The notes beneath the pieces are model-generated. The model saw only the letters and a list, made by a program, of their open reading frames with translations. It was not told the origin of the DNA and made no database searches. From Podarcis vaucheri (lineage: Eukaryota): a DNA stretch of 64,000 nt. Positions 1 through 11,540 of the stretch are shown one piece after another. The position numbers and the translations under genes are program-made. The stretch's first letter is position 1, and each line of letters opens with the position of its first letter. The stretch is taken from NCBI GenBank assembly GCA_965113315.1, contig OZ220372.1; one strand, written 5' to 3'.

Positions 1-734
1 CCATGGCTTGACACCCAACGATAAGCTTCTATCAAGTGCAGGAAACCTAAAGTCCTCCAAATATTTGCTAGACTTCAGTTCCCATTATCCCTGCTCATTC
101 GCCACATGGGCTGAAATTGATGGGGGTTGGTGTCTATGTCAGGGACTGGGAAGAGGAGGAATGGCGGAGACTGAGTCCCCAGCCTGACCCTTCCAGAGAG
201 GAAGACAGTTCAGAATTACAACAGGGGTCTGAGGGAGATCAGAGCTCAGAGGCAGATGAGGGAGAAAGCTGGGAAATAATGGGAGAGGAGGAGGAAGCAC
301 CAGAGAGCGGACAACTGATGGACGCAGTGTCTTTAGTAAGCATTCCAGACCCCCTCTCTCCCAGAACCCAGTGAGCACTGATAGTAGGAGAGCAGAGAGC
401 TCAGAGGCAGAAGGCACTTCTCAGAACCCATAATAAGGATGCATAAAGGGAGAGAAGGAGGGGGTGGAGAGTCATTCAGGGCAACGCCATTATTTCAAGA
501 GGCAGAAGTGCAAGCCTCTCTGTGAACATTGAACAAAAAGCAGTTGGTAAGAACTTTTCCTTGTCTTATCCATTCCTGGCGACCTGCCATGGGGGTTGGA
601 TCCACTGCTGCTGTTAGGGATTTATGACTCTCCTCTCACACCAAGACACAGCCATTCGACAGGTTTATAGTTTCTTGGATTTATTGGGTAATTACACAGT
701 CGCTCAATTGGAGCCCCTCCTTAATCATTCCTTC

Positions 735-736
<2 letters not shown>

Positions 737-786
<50 letters not shown>

Positions 787-903
787 GTTATTTATATCCC
801 GCCCTCCCCAGCCAAAGCCGGGCTCAGGGCGGCTAACAACAATAAAACAGTACAAAAGTACAGCATAAACAACACTCTAAAACCATTCATTATAAAATTA
901 ATT
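737..903 (-). mobile_element. L2-clade LINE 3' end with (AAT)n tail
   Basis: (AAT)n at 737-783 followed by the reverse complement of the 3' terminus seen at 1450-1514. Confidence 0.8.
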
Positions 904-1056
904 GAGTCAGATAGCCCACATGCTTGCCCCCCTTCCAACAAAGTAATTTCCGACCCAGACCCCGCCCCCTTCCTGCAGAACTGACATCTATCCTGGAGTT
1001 TGCTTCTGCACCGACTGCGAGGAGATTCTGGGAAGACTGGCTCCCCGTCTTCCCCT

Positions 1057-1514
1057 TCTACGTACCTATGGGACTGCCTCTCCTGGTATGCCCCACGGAG
1101 AACCTTAAGGTCCACAAATGATAACATTTTGGAGGTCCCAAGTCGCAAGATGTTTAGATTGGTCTCAACTAGGGCCAGGGCCTTTTCAGTAATGGCCCCG
1201 ACTTGGTGGAACGCTCTGTCACAAGAGACTAGGGCCCTGCGTGACTTGACATCTTTCCGCAGGGCCTGCAAGACAGAGCTGTTCCGCCTGGCCTTTGGTT
1301 TGGACTCAGTCTGACCCTTACGTTTCCCTCCCCCTTTGATCTATGGGCTACTTTTAAAATGAGGCTGCATTTTAAATTGCATTTTAACCTGTATTTTAAA
1401 TTGGGGTATTTTTTTCCCTATTATGTTTTTACTGTAATTTTACTGGTGTTAGCCACCCTGAGCCTGGCTCTGGCCGGGGAGGGCGGGGTATAAATAAAAT
1501 TTATTATTTATTAT
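1057..1514 (+). mobile_element. L2-clade LINE, 5'-truncated (ORF2 C-terminus plus 3' UTR)
   Basis: Encodes YAPRRTLRS...RAFSVMAPTWWNAL...FRRACKTELF, a typical L2 ORF2 end. TTA-rich tail. TSD TTCCCCT at 1050-1056 and 1515-1521. Confidence 0.9.
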
Positions 1515-1850
1515 TTCCCCTCTTGGGCCAATCCCAAATCAGACTCAGTCAGCCTCATGCTATCCTTGGAATCTGCAGCCAACATTCCTGAGAGGGGAGG
1601 GCTATTGTCACTCTCCCTGTGTAAAGACGCTCACTCCCCCCTTTCTCCCTCTGAGGTCTTGCCAGCACTTGAAGGATGCATGCTGGCAGAGGGAGAAGGC
1701 ATGTTCCCGACAGCCCCCTGACAGTCCAACAACATCTGGAGGACGCCAATTTCCAAACTCCCTTTTCCAAGCTCCTGGTTGGGACTGGAGCCAAATCTGA
1801 TGCATCTGGGCTCAGTGATATTTATTTATTTCATTTTGAAAATTGAGATT

Positions 1851-2100
1851 GAGAGCCAGTGTGGTGCAGTGGTTAAGAGCGGTGGATTTGTAATCTGGTG
1901 AACTGGGTTCGCTTCCCCACTCCTCCACATGCAGATGCTGGGTGACCTTGGGCCAGTCACACTTCTCTGAAGTCTCTCAGCCTCATTCACCTCACAGAGT
2001 GTTTGTTGTGGGGGAGGAAGGGAGAAGGAGATTGTTAGGCGCTTTGAGACCCCTTAGGGTAGTGATAAAGCGGGATATCAAATCCAAATCCAAACTCCTC
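1851..2100 (+). mobile_element. Squam3-type tRNA-derived SINE
   Basis: A-box/B-box head, CORE-like GTGACCTTGGGCCAGTCAC, and near-identical copies at 24013 and 30226. Confidence 0.85.
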
Positions 2101-2961
2101 ATTTCTAACCATACTTCATCAAACAAGCTGCCCCAGAGCACAGACCATAATACCACTGTGAGAACAGGTTGCTGGACAAGATGGGTCATGGACATGATCC
2201 ATTAGGCTCTTCTTATAGATCTTTCCACTTTATTCAAAATGAGCAGGTTTTTCTGCAGTTGCCCAGTTACAGCTGCCACTTTTATTATCATCTTATTGAC
2301 AAGCAAGTTAAAATAAAAACACATACTATTCTCCAGTTTCTCTCCTGTTCAGCAGAAGGCCAAGGCAAGCCCTACATATCACTCTAGCCTTCAAAATAGG
2401 GGATAAGTGGATTTTGAAGTAGCACTTAGTTCTTGGCTGGGTACAGAAATTACTTTTTAGTTGTTTCTATGAATTATCTCCTTGATGCATCCCTGTTGCT
2501 GGGGCGCAGGCCTGCAAAATGGTAACAGCTTGTACGCGCTCTCTCTCTCATCAAAACTCTTACATCAGAAAATGGTGCTTTCAGATAAATTCTCTTCTAG
2601 CTTCTTTTATATGTTGTATTGCAACAGTAGGTGAAAGCAGAATCTACCAATCCTGTGGAGGAAAAGAGACCGATGAAATATAGGGAAATTAACAGAACCT
2701 AATTATTAAAATTTAAAAAGCTTTCATAGCCCTCCCTGGAAAACATATCTGATCTGTGTAAGAAGATAATGCAGCCAAAGCTCCTAAAGGTGAGACCAGC
2801 AGAATATTCTCCTCTCTCTGAAGCTGACTATTGTCATATCAGCAACTTTCATCAAGTTTGATGCAAATGGACAGACACTTTGTGTCAAATGTGATTAAAA
2901 GGTCCCAAACAACAGGCCTTTGTAATGCTGGGCTACAGGCATAGGAACATTAGAAGTTGCC

Positions 2962-3304
2962 ATATGGTTCTTAATTGTAAACTATACGCTGATCTCCATC
3001 AGCGATTTCTAGATCAACTCTGTATCCCCAAATGGAAACCAGAGTTGGAGGTCATACATTTTCTATTACTGGGGAATGATCAGGAGCTCACCAAGTTAGT
3101 TGCTAAATATCTCTATTTCGTTTTTTGTCGTTGAAATACACTGCAGACATCTGATCTCCCTGGAGACCTAGAGATGTGACAATAGACTGCTCTGCCTCCT
3201 TTCTTTTAGCAAATGTTTTGTGCCACTGGGGAAGTGCTAATTCTGTATTGATTTGTTTTGGATGTTTCTATGTGATGCCAATAAAAGGTTTGATGGTGAT
3301 GATG
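2962..3304 (+). mobile_element. LINE 3' fragment (RTE-X-like)
   Basis: H-x-x-L-x-C-x-x-Y end of a zinc-knuckle-like ORF2 C-terminus (HMVLNCKLYADL...FLL...VAKYL), AATAAA and a (GAT)n tail. 13-bp TSD ATTAGAAGTTGCC at 2949-2961 and 3305-3317. Confidence 0.7.
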
Positions 3305-3320
3305 ATTAGAAGTTGCCTTT

Positions 3321-3670
3321 AAAGGATACTTGCAAAACCATATTGGAAAATCAGAACTCCTATTAGAATAAACAAGTTCCGTTTTAAATACTGAAATACT
3401 AAATAAGATGGATAACCATGTGTAATATAAAAAGAAGCATGAAATTAGGTTAAAGGTGTGTGAAAAAAAGTAATAGAAATGGAAAGAAATTGCAATTGAG
3501 TAGATTGGAAGTCTAACACAAAGGTGGGGTGTGGGTGGTGGATGGTGATGGGAAAAGGAATTACGGTATCTGTGGGACTGACTGAATGTACGTATGTTTG
3601 AATATTTTTAAGGATTGTATGAAATGTATGTTTGTATGCTTGTATAAAAAAGGGGGGAAGATTTAAAAAA
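3321..3670 (+). mobile_element. A-tailed LINE 3' fragment (L1-like)
   Basis: AT-rich 3' UTR ending in an A-run, flanked by AGAAGTTG(C/T)CTTT at 3308-3320 and 3671-3683. Confidence 0.5.
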
Positions 3671-3683
3671 AGAAGTTGTCTTT

Positions 3684-3828
3684 TATCACCTTGTTCATTA
3701 TTTACAATTACTGTCAGTGTCTCTCCAGGGTATCAGGGAGGGGACACTCCCAGCCCTATGTAGATATGCGTAGGATTGAACCTGGGACCTTCTCCATGCA
3801 AAGCAGATGACCTACCCCTGAGCTGTGA
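3684..3828 (-). mobile_element. tRNA-Ala-derived SINE (probably Squam2); its tail lies at about 2940-2961
   Basis: GATTGAACCTGGGACCTTCTCCATGCAAAGCAGATG is the reverse complement of a tRNA-Ala-like head. The tail is separated from the body by two LINE insertions. Confidence 0.7.
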
Positions 3829-4175
3829 TGCAGCCAGTTTAGTTATGAAACACACTCTTAGCTGCTTCTCTGGGGCTACATGACTGTCACAATTCCTGGC
3901 TCAGCAGACGTGAGGTGGTTGCATATGTACCAGTATATTAACCTCAGACATGGGACTTGTCTACCACTGGTCTTCAGAGGTGCCCAACTTCTTCTGCTTC
4001 CCAGTTTCCAGTCATTGACCTAAGACACGTTTACTTAAGGAAGATCACAGAGGGCAAGTCTTCTGTCCCCTCCTGCTGCCCTGCAGTCACAGAAAACTGG
4101 TCAAGAGGGATGCAGCCCTCCTGAAGGATGTGAGATGAGACACAGGTTGCTTCTGATGAGATGAAGGTACAGAGA

Positions 4176-4640
4176 TGTCAGGGGCTGGACTGAGGAGGAA
4201 TGGTGGGAGCCCGCCCCCCTTCACCTGAACCTTCCCAAGGGCAGGAGGACAGTATTGATTTAGAACAGTGGCTTGCAGAGGGGCATAGTCCAGAGGGGAA
4301 AAGCTGGGAAATATTGGGTGAGAAACAGCTAGAAGAGGAAACACCAGGAGAGAGACAGCTGGCAGATTCAGTCTCCTTCTGACCCCCCTTCACCTAAGAC
4401 TGGATGGGCTTTGAGAGTGATAGAACAGAGAGCTCAGCAGCAACAAGCTCAGATTACCCAACATAGGAGTGACGTAGATTAATGGGAATGGAGGGGGTGA
4501 ACCTTTACTGGAAGCAACGCCATTTCTAGAGAGATATGCATTCCTTTGTCTCTCACTGTGATTATTAAAGAACACTCCTTTCATTTGGTCTGCTTATTTA
4601 CTGCCACTGGGGGAGGGATCTGATTCCCCAAAGCCTGACA
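4176..4640 (+). mobile_element. Solo LTR C (same family as LTR A)
   Basis: TGTCAGG...CCTGACA termini, 465 bp, TSD AGAGA/AGAGG, ATTAAA signal near 4564. Confidence 0.85.
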
Positions 4641-4756
4641 AGAGGAGACTTTCTTTCCGCAAACTTCCTTGGATTGTCTTAGAATCCAAGCACCTTCCAA
4701 ACTGGGCAAAAGTTCTATATTAGACAGCGGGTTTGAACTCTAGCACTGCTCCTTCA

Positions 4757-4987
4757 TAGAAAGAAGATTCCACCTAAACATTAGGAAGAACTTCCTGACA
4801 GTAAGAGCTGTTCGACAGTGGAATTTGCTGCCAAGGGGTGTGGTGGAGTCTCCTACTTTGGAGGTCTTTAAGCAGAGGCTTGACAACCATATGTCAGGAG
4901 TGCTCTGATGGTGTTTCCTGCTTGGCAGGGGGTTGGACTCGATGGCCCTTGTGGTCTCTTCCAACTCTATGATTCTATGATTCTATT
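4757..4987 (+). mobile_element. CR1 LINE 3' end
   Basis: Encodes [21 protein letters not shown] and ends in an (ATTCTATG)n tail. Nearly identical to 18165-18402. Confidence 0.9.
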
Positions 4988-5096
4988 ATTAGGCTTTGTT
5001 CATACAGAGGTGTGCCAAGATAATTGCACCATGCAATGCAGCATGCTTAGGATATGGGTTCATCCAGACCTGCTGCCTAATACACTTCCTTTACAT

Positions 5097-5207
5097 CAGG
5101 GACGGGAACTTGTGGCCCTCCAGATGTTGCTGCACTGCTGCAGTTCCCATCATCCCTGGCCATTGACCAGGCAGGACGAGGGAGATGGGAGTTGGAGTCT
5201 AACAACA
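5097..5207. mobile_element. Degenerate hAT-type MITE
   Basis: Same palindromic body (CCCTCCAGATGTT...CCCATCATCCC...GATGGGAGTTG) as 53989-54124. Confidence 0.6.
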
Positions 5208-5526
5208 CTGTCACTTTAGAACCTGCTCAACAGTATATTGCAGTTCCCTCATCGTTGCATCTTCACTGCTGGCTGACTGTTTCCTTCAATACCAGGGGTG
5301 TAACAGCAGGTGAGACCTGATTATAACTGGAATCCTGCTGTTAAGTTAATCCGTTTTTTCCAGCTGAGATTTCAAGCAACCAATTTAATTTATTTATTTA
5401 TTTAAAAACCAAGTTAATGTGAGATGTGTGTGTTGCTTACCATTTATTCATTTACTGCTGTTACCTTTCTATATAGCTTTTTAATACACTCTCAAAAGGC
5501 TGCCACCAAGGTTTCTGTTCTTTCAT

Positions 5527-5528
<2 letters not shown>

Positions 5529-5561
<33 letters not shown>
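5529..5561. repeat. (GT)n microsatellite
   Basis: Directly visible. Confidence 0.95.
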
Positions 5562-5563
<2 letters not shown>

Positions 5564-5834
5564 TGGATTTCATTTACTCATCATCTTATTCATGGAATTG
5601 TTTCTGAATGATGCTGAGATCCAGAATTTGGTACATCCATGATCCCGTGATTACAGAAAAGGTGAAAACAGGACATTTGTACTTCATACTTGTGCATACA
5701 AACATAGGGTCTCAAAGTGTTTGCAAAATATTGAAGGTATCTCTGGGCCCAAAAGCTAAGCAAACAGACAAACAAAACCTTATTCAGGCACAGGAGCTCT
5801 GAAAGGACAAGTAGATAAGACTACGGGGACCACC

Positions 5835-6019
5835 TGGTCACAGCTCAGGAGTACAGCTTCTGTATTGTGTGCAGAAGGTCACAGCTTCAATGCCTGGCAT
5901 CTCCTGGTGGGGCTAGGAATGTCCCCCATCTGAAATTCTGGAGAGCCATTTCCAATCAATGTACTGAGCTAGAGAGAGCAATGGTCTGACTCTGCATAAG
6001 GCACCTTCTTATGTTCCCC
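5835..6019 (+). mobile_element. tRNA-Ala-derived SINE (probably Squam2)
   Basis: Degenerate tRNA head, body GAGCTAGA...GGTCTGACTC, tail CTTATGTTCC. Confidence 0.7.
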
Positions 6020-6214
6020 TCATGCAGGTCCTTCCAGGTCCACCATTTTCTAGTGTAGCCTGCATTTCTAGACTCCCTAATCATAATAGGAGACTTCACA
6101 AGTGGAAGAGGGTCCCAAGGTTTGAGGGGGACCTATGCAAGTATAGCTGTGTATGTGAGGGGCTTTCTCCATTGGGGCAGGAACCTACGTTGATTCTCAA
6201 ATCAGGGCTCAGTC

Positions 6215-6500
6215 TGCACTATACACCATGCCAGTTTAAACAGTTGTGGTTATCCCCAAAGAACCCCCTACAGGAGCTGTTGTTGGTTAAGAGTGGTGAA
6301 AGTTGTCAGGAGACCCCCTATTCTCCTCACAATTGCTATAATTCCAGAGCACCCTGGTGAAAGCGGCTGATGATTAAACCACTCTGGGAATTGTAGCTTC
6401 TACCAGGATTCTTTGGTGGAGAGCATGACTGCTTTGTGAGGGGTTCTCCTCACAACCCTCAGCAGTCTTAGCAAACTACAGTTCCCAGCATTCTGTTGGG
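6215..6500. mobile_element. Degenerate palindromic MITE (PIF/Harbinger-like); relatives near 21875, 26500, 33020, 44740 and 62075
   Basis: Shared CTACAGTTCCCAG / GGGAATTGTAG / GTTTGTTAAGGGTGCTG motifs in several dispersed copies. Confidence 0.5.
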
Positions 6501-7009
6501 CAGCCCCTCAACATATTACACCATTTGCTGGGCCCACAAGCCTCTTTCTGTCCATAGCTGCAGCATTTCCGCAAAGGTTTCTGGAAGCTTTTTCAGATCA
6601 TGCAGTAGCTGGAACCATTGCTCTTGGCACCTGCAGACTGCCTTAAAAAAGAATAATAACTCTGACCTTGTGCAATGCATTTTTCTCATTGTCTTCTTTC
6701 CTCCTGCTGTTCTGGCTGCAGTTGGAGATTTCGACTGCAGTCCTGCACACAAGTGGGCTGCTAATTCCTATTCAAGTTAAAAGGATTTAAGTAGCCTAAC
6801 TGTGAGCAGGTTTTCCATTATTATCCTCTACCTGCCTCCTAATCTCACAAGGAGTAGCTTGTCCATTGATTCCTCCTTTTCATTGGCTTTGGAGTCCTAC
6901 GTATAACAGTATAATGTTGGCCAAAAGCCAACAGTGCCTCGAACTATTATGAGTTGAGCCCAAATGCTACCACCTGGCTGCCACCCCCCAAAAAATTATT
7001 TTTAACAAC

Positions 7010-7010
<1 letters not shown>

Positions 7011-7066
<56 letters not shown>

Positions 7067-7106
7067 TTTATTTATATCCCGCCCTCCCCAGCCGAAGCCG
7101 GGCTCA
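7011..7106 (-). mobile_element. Very short L2 3' terminus with (AAT)n tail
   Basis: (AAT)n followed by TTATATCCCGCCCTCCCCAGCCGAAGCCGGGCTCA, as at 790-826. Confidence 0.8.
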
Positions 7107-8865
7107 ACAGTAGCTTCAAAGCAAAGCAATGGTTTTTTGTTTTTGCTTTTGCTTTTTTGCTTTTTAAAAAGAAACACTCCCCACTCCCAAATTAATATAT
7201 ACAACTTTAGCATTGATTTTCTTAGTGTGTTGCACCTGGGGTTGCTGGTAAGGAAATAATGGGCCCTTTCATTGATGTGAAAAACTCACTTTAATCAGGA
7301 TCTGTTCATTTGCCTTCATTCAATATATTGTAACAATATTGAATATTTCATTGGCACTGTTCATCATTTCTAAAGAATGTTACTTTCAGTGGAAACAAAT
7401 TGACGCACACAATCCCTTAGGACTGTGATGTGCTACAAGCCCCGCATGTTTGAGAGCATGTATGCACATTTCTTTCCTTTCTTTTTTTAAAAAACACCTT
7501 TCTCTGTATTCAAAGCCAATGAGATTAGGAGCATCTTCAAACACCAACCACTGGGCCAACCCCCTTTGAAGTGAAGTCTGAGGCTTTGATTTCAGGTCAC
7601 TCCCCATGTGGCTATCTTTAAAGTTCATCAGAATTAACATTTGCTGGTATTTTTTCACCTCCCAACTCTGACAGTTGGCACAATCATTAAGAATGGATAA
7701 TAATGCAACTAAACCTCAAAGTTCCATTAAATCATTTAATGCCACATTGTTCTGTAATGAGCGTGGCATTTTAGTCCTTCTATAACATCGAATGCTTTCT
7801 TTTCCGTGGGTTTGGGAGGGGGGAATTTTGATTGTGATTGCACTAAAGTGGACAGACATGGTCTGATAGCTCTCTCAGACTCAGAATTGAGGATTCCTAT
7901 TTAAATTAAAGATAACAGGCGGGATTAGAAAAGGTACAGTGTTAAAGAAACCACAAAAGAGGCATTTCTAGCTTGGGGCTTATGGAACTTGGTCTTCCAA
8001 TAGTTGTCATTCATGAATGAATATCAGAATCTCATCTGACCATCTTGAGAAGACAGATGTTTTCAAAGTGATGCAATGGATAATTCCACCTCATTCTGCG
8101 GGGGAGGGGGGGACAGGGGCAGTTAGGTATCTAAAAATTATTCTATTCTATTTGTTTTGTTTTGGTAGGAATTATTTATCACATTACCTTGAAAACATTT
8201 GTCCTGTTCTGTGTATCTCTTTGAAAAATGTTCCCTACTGTGTTCCGTCCAGCAGGTGGTTTTAAAAATTAAAACTGAAAGACTTAAAAAGAGATTCTGA
8301 AACCCAGAAGGCATAATTTGAGATGGAGCAACATTTATCAGAAGGATATGCAGGTTGCTATTATTGTTACTTCTAAATCCAAGTGGATTCAGTGAATCAT
8401 CCCCACTCTCTGTGAGCTGTTTGCCTCCTCCCCACCACACCTCCCCCTATAACAACTTTAATTCAAACATTTGTATAACATTTTACCTCTTAATCCACTG
8501 TGGGTGTTAAACCTGCTATGAATATTATTATTACTGTTAATCGAGATTTGTAATCTCCTGCTAGCTTCAAAGTAGAAAAAAAAGATTTGCTTCTCTGCCT
8601 TGTCATCAAAACAACTTATGTGATGTAGACCACTATTATTTTCACAGGACATCCAAGGAACTTCAATTAAGTAGGGCAGAGTGGAAGGCCCCAAATGGCA
8701 CATTACATTAGACCAAATGCTGGGTCTATGTGTGAACCCTCATACTAAAGAGTAAAGGACTTTGCCCTTTACTCCCCACTGTGATCCTGACCTAGATCCC
8801 TCTATCACCACCCCACTGGTAATTTGCATTGGTGGAGACTTCCCATTCTCTTCAATTATCCCCTA

Positions 8866-9093
8866 CAGTGGTACCTTGGGTTAAGGACTTAATTCGTTCT
8901 GGAGGTCCGTTCTTAACCTGAAACTGTTCTTAACCTGAGGTACCACTTTAGTTAATGGGTCCTCCCGCTGCAGCATGATTTCTGTTCTCATCCTGAAGCA
9001 AAGTTCTTAACCCGAGGTACTATTTCTGGGTTAGCAGAGTCTGTAACCTGAAGCATCTGTAACCTGAAGTATCTGTAACCTGAGATACCACTG
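8866..9093. mobile_element. Tc1/mariner (Tigger-like) MITE
   Basis: TIRs CAGTGGTACCT...GATACCACTG, TA TSD on both sides, internal TAACCTGA repeats. Confidence 0.85.
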
Positions 9094-9405
9094 TATTCAA
9101 ATTTATGGAATAGAAAAGCCTGGCATTCATACATAGGTAAAGTAACACACAGCTTGATTGTAGTACAGTATTTGAATGCCATCACACCACACCAAATCCT
9201 ACGCTCACTCTTACCTGCAAAGCTAGACATTATTTGGGATAAAGGGTGAGCTGCAAGAGAAAAACATAGAGTTGAAATTACCTAAAAATATACCTACTGG
9301 ATCAAGCAAAGGCCTATCTATTCCATTATCTTGTTCTAATTGTGGCTAACTACAGTGGCTAGCTAACCTATGGAAAACCCACAAGCAGAACCCAGCTGCT
9401 ACAGT

Positions 9406-9697
9406 CAGTGGCGTAGCGTGGGTTGCCAGTGCCCGGGCCTCATGGTGAACTGGGGGGAGAGAGGAAAATGGACAGATTACACACGTGCATTCAACTGCCT
9501 AAGGGTGGCTATGTCACCCAGGAGACCACAGCTACAGAGATAAGAAAAGAAGAGTTGTTCTGTTGTCTGGAGAGGTCACTTTCAGGTTCAAATGGAGAAA
9601 CCAGCAATGGAAGCACACAGCCTTATTGAGGCAGCACCAAGTGTTGAAATTCTGCACCTGGGGAAACCACCCCTGTGCCCCCCACACTACACCACTG
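9406..9697. mobile_element. Non-autonomous hAT element inserted into a CR1 3' UTR remnant
   Basis: TIRs CAGTGGCGTAGCGTGGG and CCCACACTACACCACTG. 8-bp TSD GCTACAGT/GCAACTGT matches at 6 of 8. Confidence 0.65.
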
Positions 9698-9739
9698 GCA
9701 ACTGTACTCTCCCCATTTGTGTTTTCCGGGAAGGCTGCA

Positions 9740-9932
9740 CAGTAGTACCTCTGGTTACAAACTCAATTTGTTCTGGAGGTCCATTCTTAACCTGAAACCT
9801 TTCTTAACCTGAGGTACCACTTTAGCTAATGTGGCCTCATGCCGCAGCCATGCTATTCTCATCCTGAGGTAAAGGTCTTAACCCGAGGTACTACTTCCGG
9901 GTTAGTGGAATCTGTAATCCGAGGTACCACTG
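9740..9932. mobile_element. Tigger-like MITE, same family as 8866-9093
   Basis: CAGTAGTACCTC...GAGGTACCACTG with CA/TA flanks. Confidence 0.8.
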
Positions 9933-11363
9933 TAGAACTCTTGAGCAGATGCTTGGAAACTGTTTTGGAATTCTTAAGGGTTAACTAACTAGAACCTGAT
10001 CTGGACAAGATTGAAGCATTGTGGGTCAGAATGTTGTCTGTTCAAGATGGAGTTGCATTCTCTCTCAAAAATTAAGTAGTACAAAAAGTACCTGTAGTAT
10101 CACAGGTGTTGGTGGTGACTAGGAGCATCGTATATAAGTTTCTGATGGACTGATTCTCCAGCTATAACCCTAACTAGTCTCCAGAGATTTTATTGCAGCA
10201 ATCCATGCCTGGAAAATATATCCAGACTGGTCTACTACAATGTACTCTACATGGAAGATGGTTTGATAGCTTAATTTAGTGCAGTGGCTAAGGGGCCAAA
10301 CTCTTTGACTATATTACACTTATTTGCACTGGTCCTAGAATCATAGAGTTGGAGGGGAGCTATCAACACCCTCTCCGTATCTATTATTGTAGGACTGTGA
10401 AGACATAACTTTCAGTGTGACTGCATATCTAGAGCAGTTCTTGAGCACTCCTGAAATCATCTCTAGCTCCAGGTATTTTAGTCCCTTGTGCCAGTGTAAG
10501 CAAACGTCAACAATGCCTCTCAAATCTTTGCCAAACAGCAGAGCGTCACAGCAGCTTAATCAAAGAGAGAATGTCCTCTCTGCAATGGAATTTACAAAAG
10601 GGCAATGTTACAAAATGCAAAGTGACCTCGGAAATATCAAATTCGCTTGGCTCCAGAGCCTCATGCCACAGAGATATCATTCGAACTGACAGTTTTTAAA
10701 TGTTTGACCTGATCTGTCACATTGCTACATGTAGCATCAGTTTGCAGAGATGTGGCTTTATCCCTTCAGACATTGGAGGATGTGGTAGCGGCAAGCTCTG
10801 TAATACATCTGTAGGTACTTAGCTCATGGTATTTAAAGAGCGTCTCTGAGCAGAGATGCCATTACTTTATGCGGGATGAGAATCAAATTTGGCATTCCTT
10901 TGCTGTGGATAAAGAGATGAGATCCAGGGCTCAGCTTCCAGGAACTAACTCCGTTAGAGAGGATAAACAAACCCAGCTTGCTGTCGCTGCCCCCCCCCCC
11001 CCGCATTCATCTCTCCCACTTTTAGCCTGGAAGAGTGTAGCAGAAATTGACTAGATTGTTAAGACTTCTCACCCTAACCGATCATTTCATTCTAAAGCTC
11101 TGCACTTGAATGCAGGTCTTTTTGTTTATGTTTTAAATGCAAATAGCTGCTGCCAGGTGATTGAAATTGATCGAAATACTTTGTCACTTGTACAACTTGT
11201 ATACAGTGAAATTACATGAGCAACCCCCACTCAGTTCTCTTAGTCTAAATTCCCCTCGTTTACTGACACACACTCACCAAACCCGAAAGTCAGTTGCCCT
11301 GTTGTTATCTTTTCATTCAGCAGCCTAACAGCCCACGGATAGAAGCTGTTCTTTACCCTGTTA

Positions 11364-11540
11364 CAGATAGGTAGCCGTGTTGGTCTGCCATAGTCAAAAT
11401 AAAAAAAATCCTTCCAGTAGCACCTTAAAGACCAACTAGGTTAGTTCTTGGTATGAGCTTTCGTGTGCATGCACACTTCTTCAGATACACATATCTTCAG
11501 ATACACATATTGGTGAGCTACTGGAAGGATTTTTTTTATT
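11364..11540 (-). mobile_element. Penelope-like element (pLTR fragment with short inversion)
   Basis: GGTAGCCGTGTTGGTCTG end, 12-bp TSD TTTACCCTGTTA (11352-11363 and 11541-11552). Same family as 44997-45385. Confidence 0.8.
11451..11488 (-). ncRNA. Minimal type I hammerhead ribozyme motif
   Basis: Minus strand reads GUAU-CUGAAGA-A-GUGUGC-AU-GCACAC-GAAA-GCUC-AUAC: intact core, stem I GUAU/AUAC, stem II and palindromic AGCU stem III. Confidence 0.75.

Larger units (their letters stand above)
612..1712 (-). mobile_element. Solo LTR B nested in LTR A, itself interrupted by two L2 fragments
   Basis: Termini TGTTAGGG and CCCGACA. Flanks GCTGC/GCCCC form a degenerate TSD. TTTATT near 679 gives a minus-strand polyA signal. 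Confidence 0.65.
137..1723 (+). mobile_element. Solo LTR A (Ty3/Gypsy-like), interrupted at 612-1712 by a second LTR
   Basis: Starts TGTCAGGG (137) and ends CCCTGACA (1723). Flanks GTCTA (132-136) and GTCCA (1724-1728) form a near-perfect 5-bp TSD. Similar to the LTR at 4176-4640. Inserted into a hAT-type MITE (about 40-136 and 1724-1760). Confidence 0.8.

Noticed and set aside
6516-6640. Possible minus-strand exon (CQEQWFQLLHDLKKLPETF...) after a CTGCAG acceptor
   Set aside because: No recognisable protein, no convincing donor site and no partner exons.
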